Positions 1-14,006 are shown, counted from the whole stretch's first letter. The stretch is DNA of 63,239 bases, filler included, from Reticulomyxa filosa (GCA_000512085.1; 16 parts of 16 records of this genome joined end to end with filler, not necessarily neighbours in it); one strand, 5' to 3'. The notes: generated by a model not told the origin, from the letters alone. Program-made: numbers and translations.

Positions 1-2403
1 TATTATTCCACTTTGATTGATGAGTTGGAAATTTCCATTCAATGGCTTGTTCATCACAGTATCTGATTAACTCATTCAAAGCACCGAAATTGGTATTATT
101 ATCATTACAGCTTAATTGAATACGAGGATTGAATATCATCAAACCAAATGCCAATAATTGAATGTCCGTGTCATTGGCTGTTTTACAAATACGATTATTT
201 GAATTCTCTTTGTTCATCAATGTATTTTCTTTCAATTTACAAATTATTGCACGTTTCCACATTTCTTTGGATATTTCTGGCAATGCACTTCGTGCACAGC
301 CCTTTTTCGCTCTTTCCAACAAATGTATCACCAATAAATACAATTGTTTGTCATTCAATTTCGTTGATATTGATTGAAGTAATCTCACCAATGAACTATC
401 TTTAAAGTAGTTGCTTGCGTTGATCGAATGTTTGGAAACAAATATCAAAGCGTTGAAAATCTTCTCCGATTGTTTTTCATTCCATTTCGTTGAAATTTTT
501 TCAAGTGCTTTTTCATATGAATCAAAGTAATTAAATTCCTGCTTATATGGCAAAGCATTGAAAACTCCTTCCAATTTTTTACCAGTCAAATTCATTGAAA
601 TTACTCCAAGTGATTCTGCACATGATATACAAACATAATCATCTTTATCTTTCAATCTATCGATTAAAGTATTAATTGCATTTTCCAGCTGTTTCTCATT
701 TAATTTTTCTGAAATTACTCCAAGTGATTCTGCACATGATTTAAGAATATTTTTATCTTCATCTTTTAATCCACTCATCAAAGCATTGAAAATTTTTTCC
801 AGTTGTTTCTCATTCGCTTTTATTGCAATTATGCCAAGTGATTTTGCACATGATTCACCACCTTCTTTGTTTGTACTTTTTAATCCACGAATGAAAGCAT
901 TGAAAACTCTGTCCAATTGTTTATCATTCAATTTTGTTGAAATTGCTTCAAGTGATTTTCCACATAAGGCACGAATACATTCATTTTCATCTTTTAATCC
1001 ATTCAAACATTTAAAAATATCATCCAAGTGCTTTCTGCTTAATTTCATTGAAACATATCCAATGGATTGTAAATACAATTCTCGGTTCTTTTTATTGTTA
1101 ACTTTGAACCCATTGATTAAACATTTGAAAATAGAATCAATTTGTGTTTCATTTAATTTCATTGCAATTCCTTCAAGTAAATCTCTGGATGTATCATAAT
1201 AATATCCATTTATATTTTGAAATCCATCAATCAAACATTGAAAAGTAATATCCAATTGTCTATCATTCCATTTCTTTGAAAGTGCTACAAGTGCTTTTAC
1301 ACATGAGCATTGAACACTCGAATCACTATCTTTTAATCCATTTGTCAAATATTTAAAAGCATCATCGAAATATTTTCCATTTAGACTCACTGCAATTGCT
1401 CCAAGTAATTCTGCACATTCCTTTCGCACCTTTGTATTATCATTTCCGTCATTAAATATATTTATTAAAGAGTTAAAAGTCTTATTCAATTGTTGTTCAT
1501 TACATTTATTTGAAATTTCTTTAATTAATTGAATGCAGTTGATACGAATATTTGGATGTTCTTTTTTATCATTTAACCTATCCATAAAATAATTCAATGC
1601 AATGTTCGTTTGTTTTTCATCCAATCTCTGTGCAATTCTTTTAAGTAGATCATATTCATCTTTCCCTTCACAATTTAATCTACTAATGAAAAAATTAAAA
1701 GCATTATCGAATTGTTTCCCAGACAATTTTACTGTAATTGTCTCAAGTGCTTTTTTATACATTCCATGATTATTTTTATTGAGCATATCTTTTAAAGAAT
1801 TGAAAGCATCATTCAATTGTTTTTCATTCCATTTCATTGAGAGTTCTCCAAGTAATTCTGCGCATCTTCCACGATTATATTCATTTTCCTTTTTATCCAA
1901 TAATCGATGGATCAAATTTTTAAAAAAATAATTTAATTGTTCTTCTTTCAATTTCATTATAAACCGAGCCACTCCAAAATTATAAAAATATGAAGGAAAT
2001 CTTTGAATGAAATATTGGAATGCATTATCCAACTGTTTTCCTCCCAATTGTGATGAAACTGTTGCAAGTGCGTGTGTACATTTATTACAAATTGTAATTT
2101 TTCCACTTTCAAAGGCATTCATCAAACATTCAAATACTTTATTCAATTGTCTCTCATTCAATTTCAATGCTATTTTTGCAATTGAAAATGCACATTTTTC
2201 ATGAATATATTCATCTTTGTCACTAAATTCATCCATGAACAATTCAATAACAGTATCCAATTGTTGTTCATTTAATTTCACTGATATCACACAAAGTAAG
2301 TCTGCACACGTCCGAATATCGCTCTTAAAAACTTGTTTGTAACATTGGACAATAATATTTGAAGTTTCTGTTGAAATACACAAATACTGTAATAAATTCA
2401 ATC
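1..2403 (-). CDS. HEAT-like repeat protein, partial at both ends (paralog of the gene at 15952-20467)
   Basis: Manual translation gives an open minus-strand frame across the whole contig; it is absent from the ORF track because it has no stop. Repeats of about 40 aa such as KLNEKQLENAINTLIDRLKDKDDYVCISCAESLG. It ends with MWKRA...LLAFGLMIFNPRIQ, matching MWRRV...FLAFGLLLYNPRMQ in the paralog. Confidence 0.85.
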
Positions 2404-2503
2404 NNNNNNNNNNNNNNNNNNNNNNNNNNNNNNNNNNNNNNNNNNNNTTAATTAATTAANNNNNNNNNNNNNNNNNNNNNNNNNNNNNNNNNNNNNNNNN
2501 NNN
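2404..2503. other. Artificial contig linker N44-TTAATTAATTAA-N44 (15 copies, starting at 2404, 6554, 12050, 14130, 20468, 22981, 34180, 39841, 48552, 51441, 54690, 56723, 58239, 60289, 61389)
   Basis: Identical 100-bp spacer with stop codons in all six frames. Confidence 0.98.
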
Positions 2504-2752
2504 AAAAAATTTCTTATTTTCAATACAGGTTCAATTTATGTGAACTCTTTCGAAATTTTTAAAAATCATTTGAAAAAATCATATTTTTCATCAACCTAGA
2601 AAAAACTTATTATAAAACTAATTTAATATTTAAAAACTACAAGATTAGTAGATATTTTTTTTTAAAAAAATTAGTTTTAAATCTTTATTTTTCATCGAGA
2701 AAATCAATTCTCTTCATATATTGCCATTTAGGTATGGCAGTTTTTTGTACTT
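2504..2752 (-). mobile_element. Degenerate copy of a Tc1/mariner-like TIR family
   Basis: Similar to 12150-12348 and 63055-63239 (TAAAAACTAC..GATT.GTA.ATATTTTT; ..CATTTAGGT..). Confidence 0.55.
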
Positions 2753-4565
2753 TTTAAAAAGAATCTAAACGTTTTACATTTTAAAAATTTAAGTTTCAAA
2801 TAATGATTAAGAATACCAAGATTAATTATTGTATGTTTCAACATCACATAAACGAACTGTTTTATCATAGCATAAATATTGACCATCTTTCAATTTGTTT
2901 TTTCATTATCTTCTTTTTCTACTTTCAACTGTTTAGCATGGTACTATATTTATTATATTATTATTATCAATCTCAACTTTGGACTATCAACAAGTAATAA
3001 CACATATGAATATATTGACAAATATTTTTAAATGATTAAATATTCACATCGGGTTTCTTGTAAGTGTCAAATGTACTTTGATATTATTAGACTTGCTTTT
3101 GAATTGACTAATAGTTTGACAATTTTTGTTTCAATTGTTAGATATTTATCAATTAAATTATTTATTTATCTTTTCACTATTCATGTCATAATAATCGATT
3201 TGGCTATCGACTCAAGGAATAATTTAAAAAACTCACAAAAATTTTTTTAAATATATTAAGTTATTGAATTTACTTATCTTTTTCGTTGTTATCTTCTTTT
3301 ATTCAATTATTACAAAAACACAAAATAATTAAAAAACTATACAACATTAGAATAATTTGGTAAATTGAAATTAATTGATATAACTTGTCTAAATGATCTT
3401 TAATTTACTTTATTTTCAATCTATAATTACATTTGCTTTTTTTCATTCAAATTCGATCAGTTCACATATTATCCTTTTTATATTGTGTTTTTTCATTCAT
3501 CAATTGTTTCATATTCAAATCTTATTATCAAATGCAAATCACAAATAAATCTGAAACTTGTTGTCTCAATATTCTTTTTTTCGAAAATTCACAATTATCA
3601 TGTTATTTAATTGTACATTTTCAATCATTTTGCTTTAAGTAAGTTTACAAACAGTATTCTCTGATCAATTACTTGCTATGCATTTTGGTTCTAATTACAT
3701 TTAATTCCACTTAGTTGTTTGCGGTTTGACCGCAAATAAAGCATATTAATGTGTTTAATTGCTGTAGTTTATTGGTTAACAAAGCAAAGTCTTGTTATAA
3801 CAGCCAAAACTGGAAAATGTTTCATTTTCATTTTCTACGTTCAAGGCCAGCATAGCTTTTTTTATAGTAAGAGTTTTTTTAGTGTTTTATAAAGTTGTTG
3901 TTTTTTAACACTATCCAACACTTTGTTATGTTTATAAACGTTCAAATTACAAAATTTCGTGTGAATATCCAACAGTGATTATTATGTAAGAAATCTTTGC
4001 ATGTGTTTTTTTTATACAAAGTGAGTTTTTAAATTCAAAAAAGATGATCTAACAAATTCTCATAAAAACAATTATTGCGAAAATGATGAAACAAATTATA
4101 AACCATTTTTTTGCTAGAAAAGTAACGAAAATAACTAATTTACAAATTACTTTTATCAGTTAGTATATTTGAATATAACACTTGGTCTAGTCATGACTTC
4201 TTTCTTTTAATGAGAAAAGAACATTTGATATGACAAAAGAAATCTCATTTATAAAAAGAATTTGTGCCTACGCTGCCATGCGTTCAAAAAAAAATGTGGT
4301 GACGGTCCGAAGAAAGGACGGGTCCATTTGCAAGCACGAGCGTACTTGCAAGAAGAGAAGGTGCAAAATATTTTTGTCGCACAACTAAATGTCCCCTTCA
4401 TTCAAAACAAAAGAAAGCATAAAAAAAGCAGGGAAAAAAATATATGAATAAAACCTGAGGGTCAAAAGCAATGCACAATGCCAACTGGCACAAAAAAAAA
4501 AAATAAAATAAAAAAATCAAAAAAGTAAAAAAAACAAGAAATAAACAAAGTGTAATTTTTCTTGA

Positions 4566-6553
4566 CTATCGAAGACTGTATGCTTTTTGTTGCAAGAAGG
4601 CCATTTGCTGTCGAAGCTCTTCTTCATGTTCATCCAACTCTTCTTCGTCCCATTTAGCGACACTTTGAATCCTCAATAATCTAGAGCTGCGTCGACGCTC
4701 CCCTGCTTTTCCAATTTCCTCGTCACTTATCTCAGCATTTTCTTCTTCTTCTTGTTCTTCTTCGTCGTTAATCTCGTTTAGTTTTGTTCCTCTACGAGAT
4801 TCTTTTCCATCATAAGTAGCTTTTTCAACCGAAGCCTGGCGGTGTGGTGACTTTTTTTATATTATTATTTTAAAGATATTTGTTTTGTTTTATTTGCATT
4901 GAATATTCTGATCCTTTTTTTTAATTCTTTTTATCCTTCTCCCCTCACGAGAAATAGCACAAATATTTTGATCAGTAGAGAACTTGTAAGATGTTCAATT
5001 ATTATTGTTTTTATTTTTTTTAAAAAAAAAAGAAAGTGTTGTCTCGCATATGTCGTATATAAATTAATGAGCATATTGAAGTGTAATGAAACACTTATGA
5101 ACATACATGAACCCCAAATGAGCTGGTTCGCACAATCTCACCCGTTGGACTAATGACAGCAGCCCCATATGGATAGCCTGGGTTATTTGCTACGGGATAG
5201 CCGGGTACAGTCGCGTAAGGGGAATAGTAGACTGCGTTTGCTTGTTGGGCCATCATGGCTTGCTGTTGCATAAGCAATGCTTGCTGTTGTGCCAAGGCAG
5301 CACTATCCACATTGGTGTTATACGTACCGCTGTTCATTCCCAAATATGCTGCCGTCTGTTCGGGCGACACAGTAAAGTTTAGGCTTTCGTTAGTTGATCC
5401 ATTGGCTACCGTTTGTTCGTTGGAAACGAGAGCGATCGCATTATCACTTGCATTTGCGTTAGTATTATTGTTGTTATTGTTATTGTTATTGTTATTGTTA
5501 TTGTTATTGTTATTGTTAATATTAGCGTCGGTGTTATTGTTAATGTTGTTATTGCCGGTGCTGTTATTGTTGTTATCATTAGGAGTTGCAACAACAATAC
5601 TGGCAGTGGGGTCGATGATGGTACTCGTGTTAGTACTAGTTTCAGCAATGGTGTTGACACTGGGGTTGGTACTGATATTTGTGTCAGCGACACTGGCGTT
5701 GATACTGGCAACATTGGCATTGATACTGGTATTGGTATTTGCACTGGCGTTGGTATTGGTATTTGTATTGATATTGGTATTCGTGCTATTATTGGCACTG
5801 GTGTCCGCATTGGTATTGACACTGGGCTGAGCGTTGATATTGACGCTGGGCTCGGCAATGATACTGGCATTGGCATTTGCAGCGGGATTGACATCGGTGT
5901 TTGCGATGACAATGTCCGGGATTGCGCTAATATTGGCGTTGGTAGTTGCATCGGCAATATTGATGCTGGTGTTGGTATTAGTATTGGCATCGATGTTGGC
6001 GCTGCTATTGGTGCTAGGGCTAACGTTTGGGTTGATACCGACATTGGTGTTGGTATTGACATTAACATTGGTATCGGCATTAGCATTGGTATTGGTATTG
6101 GCATTAGCATTGATATTAGTATTGGGGTCGATATTAGTGCTAACACTGGAATAGGCAATGGTGTTGGGGTTTGTGTCAGCGCTGGCATTAACACTGGCAT
6201 TACCGCTGATAGCGGCGTTGCTGCTGGTAGAAGTACTGCTGCCGATACTAGCGTCGGTGTTGGTATTCGTAGTTGTATTGACGTCGGTATTCGTATTGAT
6301 GTTTGTGTTGGTATTGGCAATGGTATTAGTATTAGTATTGTCATCGATGTTCGTCTTGATGATATTAATATTGTTGTTGCTATTGCCATTGTTACCGTCA
6401 CTGTTATTGCTGTTACTAACATTACTGTTACCAGTATTGCTGTTATTGTTACTATTAGTCGTCGGTTGTGCCACGATTGTTGCAGCAACACTTGACTCAA
6501 CGTTTGGTTTTTCTGCCTTCACGACTGGTTGGATGGCCACTGGTTCTTGGCGA
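4566..6553 (-). CDS. Asn/Thr-rich low-complexity protein, 3' part; exons ~6553-5107 and 4850-4566
   Basis: 481-aa ORF with TNTNAN-type repeats and poly-N. A GTATGT donor splices in frame to an acidic terminal exon (..KWDEEELDEHEEELRQQMAFLQQKAYSLR*). Confidence 0.7.
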
Positions 6554-6734
6554 NNNNNNNNNNNNNNNNNNNNNNNNNNNNNNNNNNNNNNNNNNNNTTA
6601 ATTAATTAANNNNNNNNNNNNNNNNNNNNNNNNNNNNNNNNNNNNNNNNNNNNATATATATATATATATATAATATTATATTGTATGGTGTTTTTCTTTC
6701 ATAACTTGGATATGGACAAATGCAAATGACAATA

Positions 6735-7694
6735 GCAAGAATACGTCGCTGAATATTTGAGCCGTTTGAATGAAAACTTGAAACTACGTATTCCCTGTGG
6801 CGACGATGACCAGGACAATGACTCCAAAGTCTTCACAACACTCCAACACATGGCCGGGACGCTTCAGGCTGTCCCTGACTCGATCCAATCTGTGTTTTTG
6901 CAAGTCGTTGGTCATATTGGTCAATTGTTGCAAGACCACATTGGCGTGGTGGCCCAAACAACCGCGTTTAAGTTTGTTACTGATCGACACAGCATATCTT
7001 CATCTATTCTATCATTCTTCAAAATATACATACGTACACACACACACACGCACACACACATCAACGCATGCAAAAGACATGCAAATACAGAGCAGCTGGA
7101 ATTGTCGAAGCAATACTTGCAAGAGATTGAACAATGGAAACAAAAGGCGAGCGCGTTTGAGCAGCAAACTTGGTTATTGCAAAGCGTTGAGTGAACATAA
7201 AAAAAATAAACAAATAAATAAATAAATATATATATATATATATATTTATTTATTTATTTATTTGTTTGCTTGTATTGTTTACAAAAGGGGAAAAGAAAAA
7301 AAAAAAAAATCTGAATGTGGAAATGTAGGAGTGCAAAAAACAAGAGTCAGTGATGCGTTCGTTGCAACAAATGAAAGACGAAGCGTGCATGGTCGTGGAA
7401 AAGTTCAACGACGCGCTGAAGCAATTGGACAGCGAGTTTCAAATAAAGCAATCCCAATGGACTGAGGACGGGAGCAAAGATGACAAAGCATTGATCGAGG
7501 ACACTGTTCAAAGGGTAATTGCAAAAAGGCAGAATTGGATCAAGCAAGTGGCTCAAATGCATAGCGAAGTAGCGCACTTGAAGTCATTGTTCAACAATAA
7601 GCTCTCCACATTCGAACAAACATTTTTTGTTAATGAAAAATTGGAGAGAGGAAAGAAAGAAAAAAAAAAAAAATTATGTTACATATACATATAC

Positions 7695-7732
<38 letters not shown>

Positions 7733-7954
7733 TGTTTTTTTTTTTTTGTTGGTACAAATTTGACAGAATAGAACAACTTCAATTGAAACGCAATTGAAAA
7801 CGACGCAAGACAGAGTACGTCAAATGAAACAAGCAATGAACAACAAAGTGTCTCGAGGCTCACAGTGCGACACCCCATTTGTGTCATTGGAATTGAGTGA
7901 GTTTGTCCACATCCAAGTGGAAGACAAAGTAATGCTGGAAAAAATTGAGTTTCG

Positions 7955-7992
<38 letters not shown>

Positions 7993-10900
7993 AATGTAGT
8001 GTGGAAGAGTGGGATAAGCAAAACTTGCTGTGGTTTGTGTATACGTATGTTGCATGAAAAGACACATGAAGGAATTACAACAACACACAGCAAATCTCAC
8101 CCAAACGGTTGAACAATTGGAAAAACAACTTTTGCGAGAACAAGTATGCAATGCCGCATTGCAGACAGAAATCACACAATACAGAAATGAAGTGGTATAT
8201 CTTTTTTTTTCTTTTTCTCTTCAATTGTTAAAAAAAAAAAAAAAAAGCAAAACGTTACTTTTGCATTATGTGCTTATTTAGATTTGGATACATATATGCT
8301 TATGTATATATTCTTTTTTTTTAAAGGGCTTGTTCCAACAGCAATCGCAAAACATTAAGAAACACTGCGAACACATCATCATCAAAAACAGTGAATTAAA
8401 AAACGCTTTGTGCCAATTGCAAAATGAAAACGAGAAACTGCAATGGTATCAAAAAAATTTTTTTAAAAACACATACGTTTCGTTTGTTGTTTTGTTTCGC
8501 ATGATTTGTTAAGACAAATTATGTTGGGATGATCTCCTCCTCTGGCAAAGGAAAGACAAGTCAATTACGGATAATATTCAACAATTTGTTCATTGGTTAG
8601 ATTCTCTGCAGTGTCCAATACACAACGGTGTGTTCTTTTGTTCAGTTTGCTTGTGTCAGGTTTTGTTTTTACTCCCAGTTCGCTTTTGAGAAAGGGGTAC
8701 GGAAAAAAAAAACCCTTTCAGTTCAATACTCAAAATATTATCTTCTGATGTAATTCCAAGGGACACACCACAATTTTGAACTACTATTGGTGGGTAATAG
8801 AAGAGTGGACGCGCTTGGAAGATGAAGAGAGCGGAAATAATTTTGCAGCTGGTTCACTGTTCCACACCGCACGATGCAAACTCCAATATTTGTGTCAAAG
8901 CTGTTGCCAAAGTTGGAAAAAAAAAACTGTAGACGAATGGATGAGGAGTGTGGTCAATGGAATAATTCGTAACTGTGAAATGGTGACATTCTTTTTTTTT
9001 TTTACGTGCAAATAGTTTTCTTTTCAAACACTGCAAATCATTGTGGTTACCCTGACAAAAAAAAAAAGGAAGCATTGAAAAAACAAACGATAACGTTGTC
9101 TAATCACAATGAAGAGCTTGCAAACATGTATGCGACCACCTTTGATCGTTTAAAGCAAAGTGTAAACGAAAACAAAAAACTACGGTTGGAAAAGACCCAA
9201 CTCTGGAACGAATGCCAAACACTTAAGCAACAGCTGAGAAGAGCTAAAGAGATATGAGAGGGAAGGAGAAAAAAATATAAATATACGTATACGTTTGTAA
9301 TAATCTTTGAGTTTTATAAAAAAAATTTTTTCTTTTGTTCTCAAATGAACGGTCGCACAGAGAACAACAGACATCCGCGAAACTGCAGGAAGTAACGAAT
9401 CAATTGGGAGAAGTGAGCTCAACACTCTTGGCCACCAAACAACAAAAGGAATATTTCCACGAAAAAAATATCGTCTCTGAGAGACTGCATGCAGACGCTC
9501 AGCAACGCAATGTTTTCATTTTAAAAGTGTGCTACGTATACAAAATAAAAAAATTATCAAAGGAGGTCTGTATATGATACACATCATTTTGACAAAAAAA
9601 AAAAAAAAAAAGAAAGCATGTGGGATGATGTTGGAGTCGCTTCAACCTGTCTGGACACATGTTTGCAAGAAAAAGAATTTTAGTGAAAAACTGAAACAAT
9701 GCAACGAGCGCATTGGGCTAGTGACTGCGCACTTGCGAGCAAAAGCAATGGAAAAAAACACAAAAGCGGTAGGTGATGACTGTGTCCGAAGTCAAGTATA
9801 TCGCTTTCGAGTGCATGCAGATATCCATCGTTTTGAATTTGCAAAGAACCTTCGATTGCTGAAGAAACACTACGTGAAAGAATTGGAACAGTACAAACAA
9901 CTAGTACAAAATCTAGAACTGAAGTTTCAAGAAAATAGACAAACCTTTGTTACTGACTTGAACGAAATGACTCACACAAAGTCTGCACTTACGAGTGAAC
10001 TGACAAAAAAGCAGCAAAGAATTGAACAACTACAGACACAGTTGGGAAATGCCAACGATTTGAACATTACCCAACAAAAGGAATTAACCGAAAAAATAAA
10101 TGAATTAATGCAAACGACACAGGTATGATTAAGTTTTTTTTTTTGGACTTTTGGTTTTCCCCCCTGGAAAAAAAAAAACAATCAGTCTTAAAAAAAAAGA
10201 AATAATTCCATTTTTGTTTTTGTATTGTTGTATCAAGTCTGAAAGATTGTCGAGCGAACAAAAACACGCAGAACAACTGAACATAATAAAAAAATTGGAA
10301 CAAACCAATGACGAAGCAAGAACGACATTGCAAGAGAAGAATAAAAACCTCAAAAAATTTTGCCAAAGAAGTGTTAAGTGGTAGAGTACTCGCATGAATT
10401 GAATCATACTTGTTTATTTATGTTGTCACTTATGTATGCGCACAAACTCAATCAGGCAAATTTGGAAAAAGAGGTCACTTCTCTTAAAACTCAAATGCAA
10501 TCTGCGCTTCAAACCCAACAAAAAGCTATCGAAGAAAGTGAAGTTAGGTGTTTTGTTAATCATTCAAAAAAAAAAAAAAAAAAAAAGTAAATAAAAATTA
10601 AGGCAAAGAATATCACTCTATTTTTTTAATTTTTTTTTTGTAATCGTTTGTGTTTTGCACACGACAGAAACAACGCAATCGAGAAATGGAAGCATTAAAA
10701 GATCAAGGATTTCAATTGCAACAATGTCAAGAAAAGTGCAAGAACTTGGAGGAAATGTGCGGTCATTACAAGACGTTATGGGACAAATTGACGGATCAAA
10801 ACAACAAACTAGAACAGACTCTGAAAGAAAAAGCGACAGCATACGAACAACTGAGGCAACAGTGTGAAGACAAAGCTCGACAAAATTTGGAGTTGGACAA

Positions 10901-11910
10901 GCAGTTGGATACCTTTCAAGTGTCTAATCGCAACTTGAGACACGGTATTGAGCAATTAGAACAGTCGTTAAAACAGACCAAACTTGATCACTTGGCGGAA
11001 CAAAAGCAATTGGCATTACGAGAAGAATCTCTCAAAAGAGAATTGAGTGAGGTCCGGAGTAAACTGGAAGATGCCACACACGAAATAGACACAGTTTTGA
11101 TCAATATATTTTTTGAAACATATACGTATATATATATATATATATTGCTTATATCGACGACAAATTATGCATATAGCTGAGATTAGAAAAACTGACTGGC
11201 TCCAAAGTGACACAAAGGATCGAGCAGCTGGAGAGCGAACTCGAGCGTGTAAACAAGAGCCACAAAGAAGAAATAGAGTCCCTTCAAAAACAATTACAGG
11301 GACAATTGGATTCACTCACATTGGCGCACAAAGAGGAAATGGAAAACAGTGAAATTATTCTCAAAGCAAAAGAACTTCGTATATTTCAATTAGAGGAGCA
11401 AAAGTCTGCACACGAGAGCAAACTCCAAAAGACTGAACAGAAAATGGCGGAAATGTCGGAACTGATGCAACGGATGCAATTGGACAACCACACACTGACA
11501 CAAGCAATCGGACAGCACCAAGAGGAAATTGACGCCTTGGAGAATGCATTAGTTAATGCCGAAGAAGAAATAAAAGATCTTCAGTCACAACTGCAGCAGT
11601 ATTCTCACAACACAAGGTTAATTTGAATCTTAAGGTTTTTAATCAAAGAAGTTTAAAAAAGTGGATTAACTTCAAAAAAAAAAGTTCAAAGTAAGTTCTA
11701 GAGAAAAAATCTTTTTTGTTGATGATGAGTGTTGTTTGGTGAGAAATATTTTTTAATTTTTTTTATAAGTCTGAAAAGGTATTTTCAACACATTTGAAAC
11801 AATTGTTATCGCTAATAATTTCTTGTAGCAAAAACGCCCTGGGAAAACACAAACGAGCGCAAAATCCCTTGAACCCTCAGAATACAACATTTGAGGCCAC
11901 TACATTCTAG
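6735..11910 (+). CDS. Large multi-exon coiled-coil protein, 5' end missing
   Basis: Chain of Q/E/K/L-rich heptad ORF pieces separated by GT-AG introns; last exon 11829-11910 ends in TAG. Confidence 0.75.
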
Positions 11911-12149
11911 CAAAAAAAAAAAAAAAAAAAAGAAAATAAGTGATGAGAGAAAGAGAGCATGAAATGTTCCTTTTCATTTTTGCATTTGTGTCCATTTTAT
12001 AATGCATGGACAGTTGTTTTTTTTTTACCTTTTTTACCTTTTTTACCTTNNNNNNNNNNNNNNNNNNNNNNNNNNNNNNNNNNNNNNNNNNNNTTAATTA
12101 ATTAANNNNNNNNNNNNNNNNNNNNNNNNNNNNNNNNNNNNNNNNNNNN

Positions 12150-12348
12150 TTTTTTAAAGTAAATGAAAGATTAAAATTTTTGAAAAAATTAGAGACTTAA
12201 TAAAAAACCAAAATGATATTTAAAAACTACACGATTTGTACATATTTTTTTTAAAAAAATTTTGATTAAATGTTGTTTTTTCATGGAGAAACACAATCAT
12301 CTATATAAGGTGGCATTTTAGGTGTCAACTTTCTTTTTTATATTACTG
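12150..12348 (-). mobile_element. Tc1/mariner-like transposon end (TIR)
   Basis: Reverse complement reads TA|CAGTAATATAAAAAAGAAAGTTGACACCTAAAATGCCACCTTATATAGATGATTG, matching the copies at 34098 and 62439. Confidence 0.7.
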
Positions 12349-12960
12349 TAATTAACCTACTTGATCATCTTTTAATGTATTTATTATTAACTTTTCGTTA
12401 CTCGTTTTAACTGTAAATTTTTCTTCTTTGAAATAAATATGTACAAAAATAATTTTTGGAAATGCTTTAAAAAGTCAAATTTTATGATTACATAAATGCA
12501 CAATGTCCAAAATACTAGAATTCCGTTCAGCTACTTATAATTTTGAAAAGTTTAATTGCTCCGATATTTGTAACCGAGTTGTTTGTTTTTTGTCAAGTGA
12601 AAATATTTCAAGAAGAACTTGCAATTTGTGATCTGTCATGTCCATCTTCTTTGTGCAGTGAACACGTAAAGATTAGGTTCCAAATAATGTAAATTCTTTG
12701 GTTTCACTTTCACCTCTCCAAGGAAAATGCAATGTTCACGAGGACCACACAAACTAGCAAAAAATCTCTCACAATTAGATGTACAAAAAATAACTTGCAA
12801 GAGCTTTTATGAGCTAGTTCAATCCTCAAAAATTTATTCAAACAAGCAAATAACTCCAAAAAAAAGGTATTTAAAATGTATGCGTAACATAAAAAAAAAA
12901 ATTTGCAATGTAACAAGAAAAAAGAAGAATCAGCATCATAATAATGTCCGTATTTTTTTA

Positions 12961-14006
12961 TCAAATGAATGCGTTTGTTTCTAATGCCCTCTTGAGCTAT
13001 GTACATGTAATAAAGACAAAATAAAAGTGTAATCCTTTTTCTAAAAAAAAATTACATGCAAAGATAAAGACACACCCAAGAAAATCTGAAGTTGGTAATG
13101 ACATTTTCGATTTGATTATTGTCAGTCGCGCAGGTGACATGGACTACAACACAAACAAAATATATGTCCAATTTTTAAAATGCATGTTATTTATTGACTT
13201 GCTTACGAAGCAAATAGACAATTTAAAAAAAAAAAAAAGCTTAACAATATAAAACAGTTGTTTTTTCTTGTTTATGAAATATGTCCTCATGTCGCGTTTG
13301 GACATATTCAATGACAGCTTGTGTATCATTCGCTTTGGAGTCTTCAAAATTAGGATCATATTTTGTGAATGGGATAGACGCGAGTTTTTCCTCAAACAAG
13401 TCGAATTTGTTCAAAAACACGACTATGTGACATCATACAAAGCATCAATTTACACGTTGCAATCCGACGAACGCAGCGCACCACGACCGTCACACAAGCA
13501 TATACATACAAATTATAAGTATACACATAGAAATATTGTATACTAACCGAATTCAGTTTTTTTGAAGTTTTTATCATGGCAGTGATTTTGAAACAGCTCA
13601 AAGGCGTCATCATAGCGATTTTTCACGTTGTCTTCAAACAGCAACTGATCATAGCTGGCCAAAGACATTACCCACATGACAACGTCAGTTCCATCAAACA
13701 ACCCCAGCCATTTTTTACGCTCAGTTCGCTATCCAATTGAGACAGAGAGAGAGGAGGGGGAAGGGGGAAGGGGGAAGAGGGAAGGGGAAAGGGGAGAGGA
13801 AAAAAAAAAAGAAAGTGTTTTTACGCAAGCTATAAAATTGTTGTTGTATAAGTGTAACATATTTGAAACGTTGGTTGCACCTAACCTGTCCTCCGACATC
13901 TGTCAGTTTAATACAAATACGTCTTTTGTCTGACATGGATTCCAGTTTTGAGGTGACTATCCCGTTTGTGATATCGCGAACGCGAACATAGTCTTCAAAC
14001 GTAGCT
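12961..14006 (-). CDS. Heterotrimeric G-protein alpha subunit, 3' part, multi-exon
   Basis: Switch I RDITNGI, G3 DVGGQ|RTERKKW, G4 FLNKFDLF, G5 HVTCATD, probable C-terminal exon LKRALETNAFI*. Confidence 0.9.

Noticed and set aside
5255-6601. Long overlapping ORFs (poly-L/V, GIGI, IPIP) as real genes
   Set aside because: Shadow frames of the Asn/Thr repeat on the minus strand
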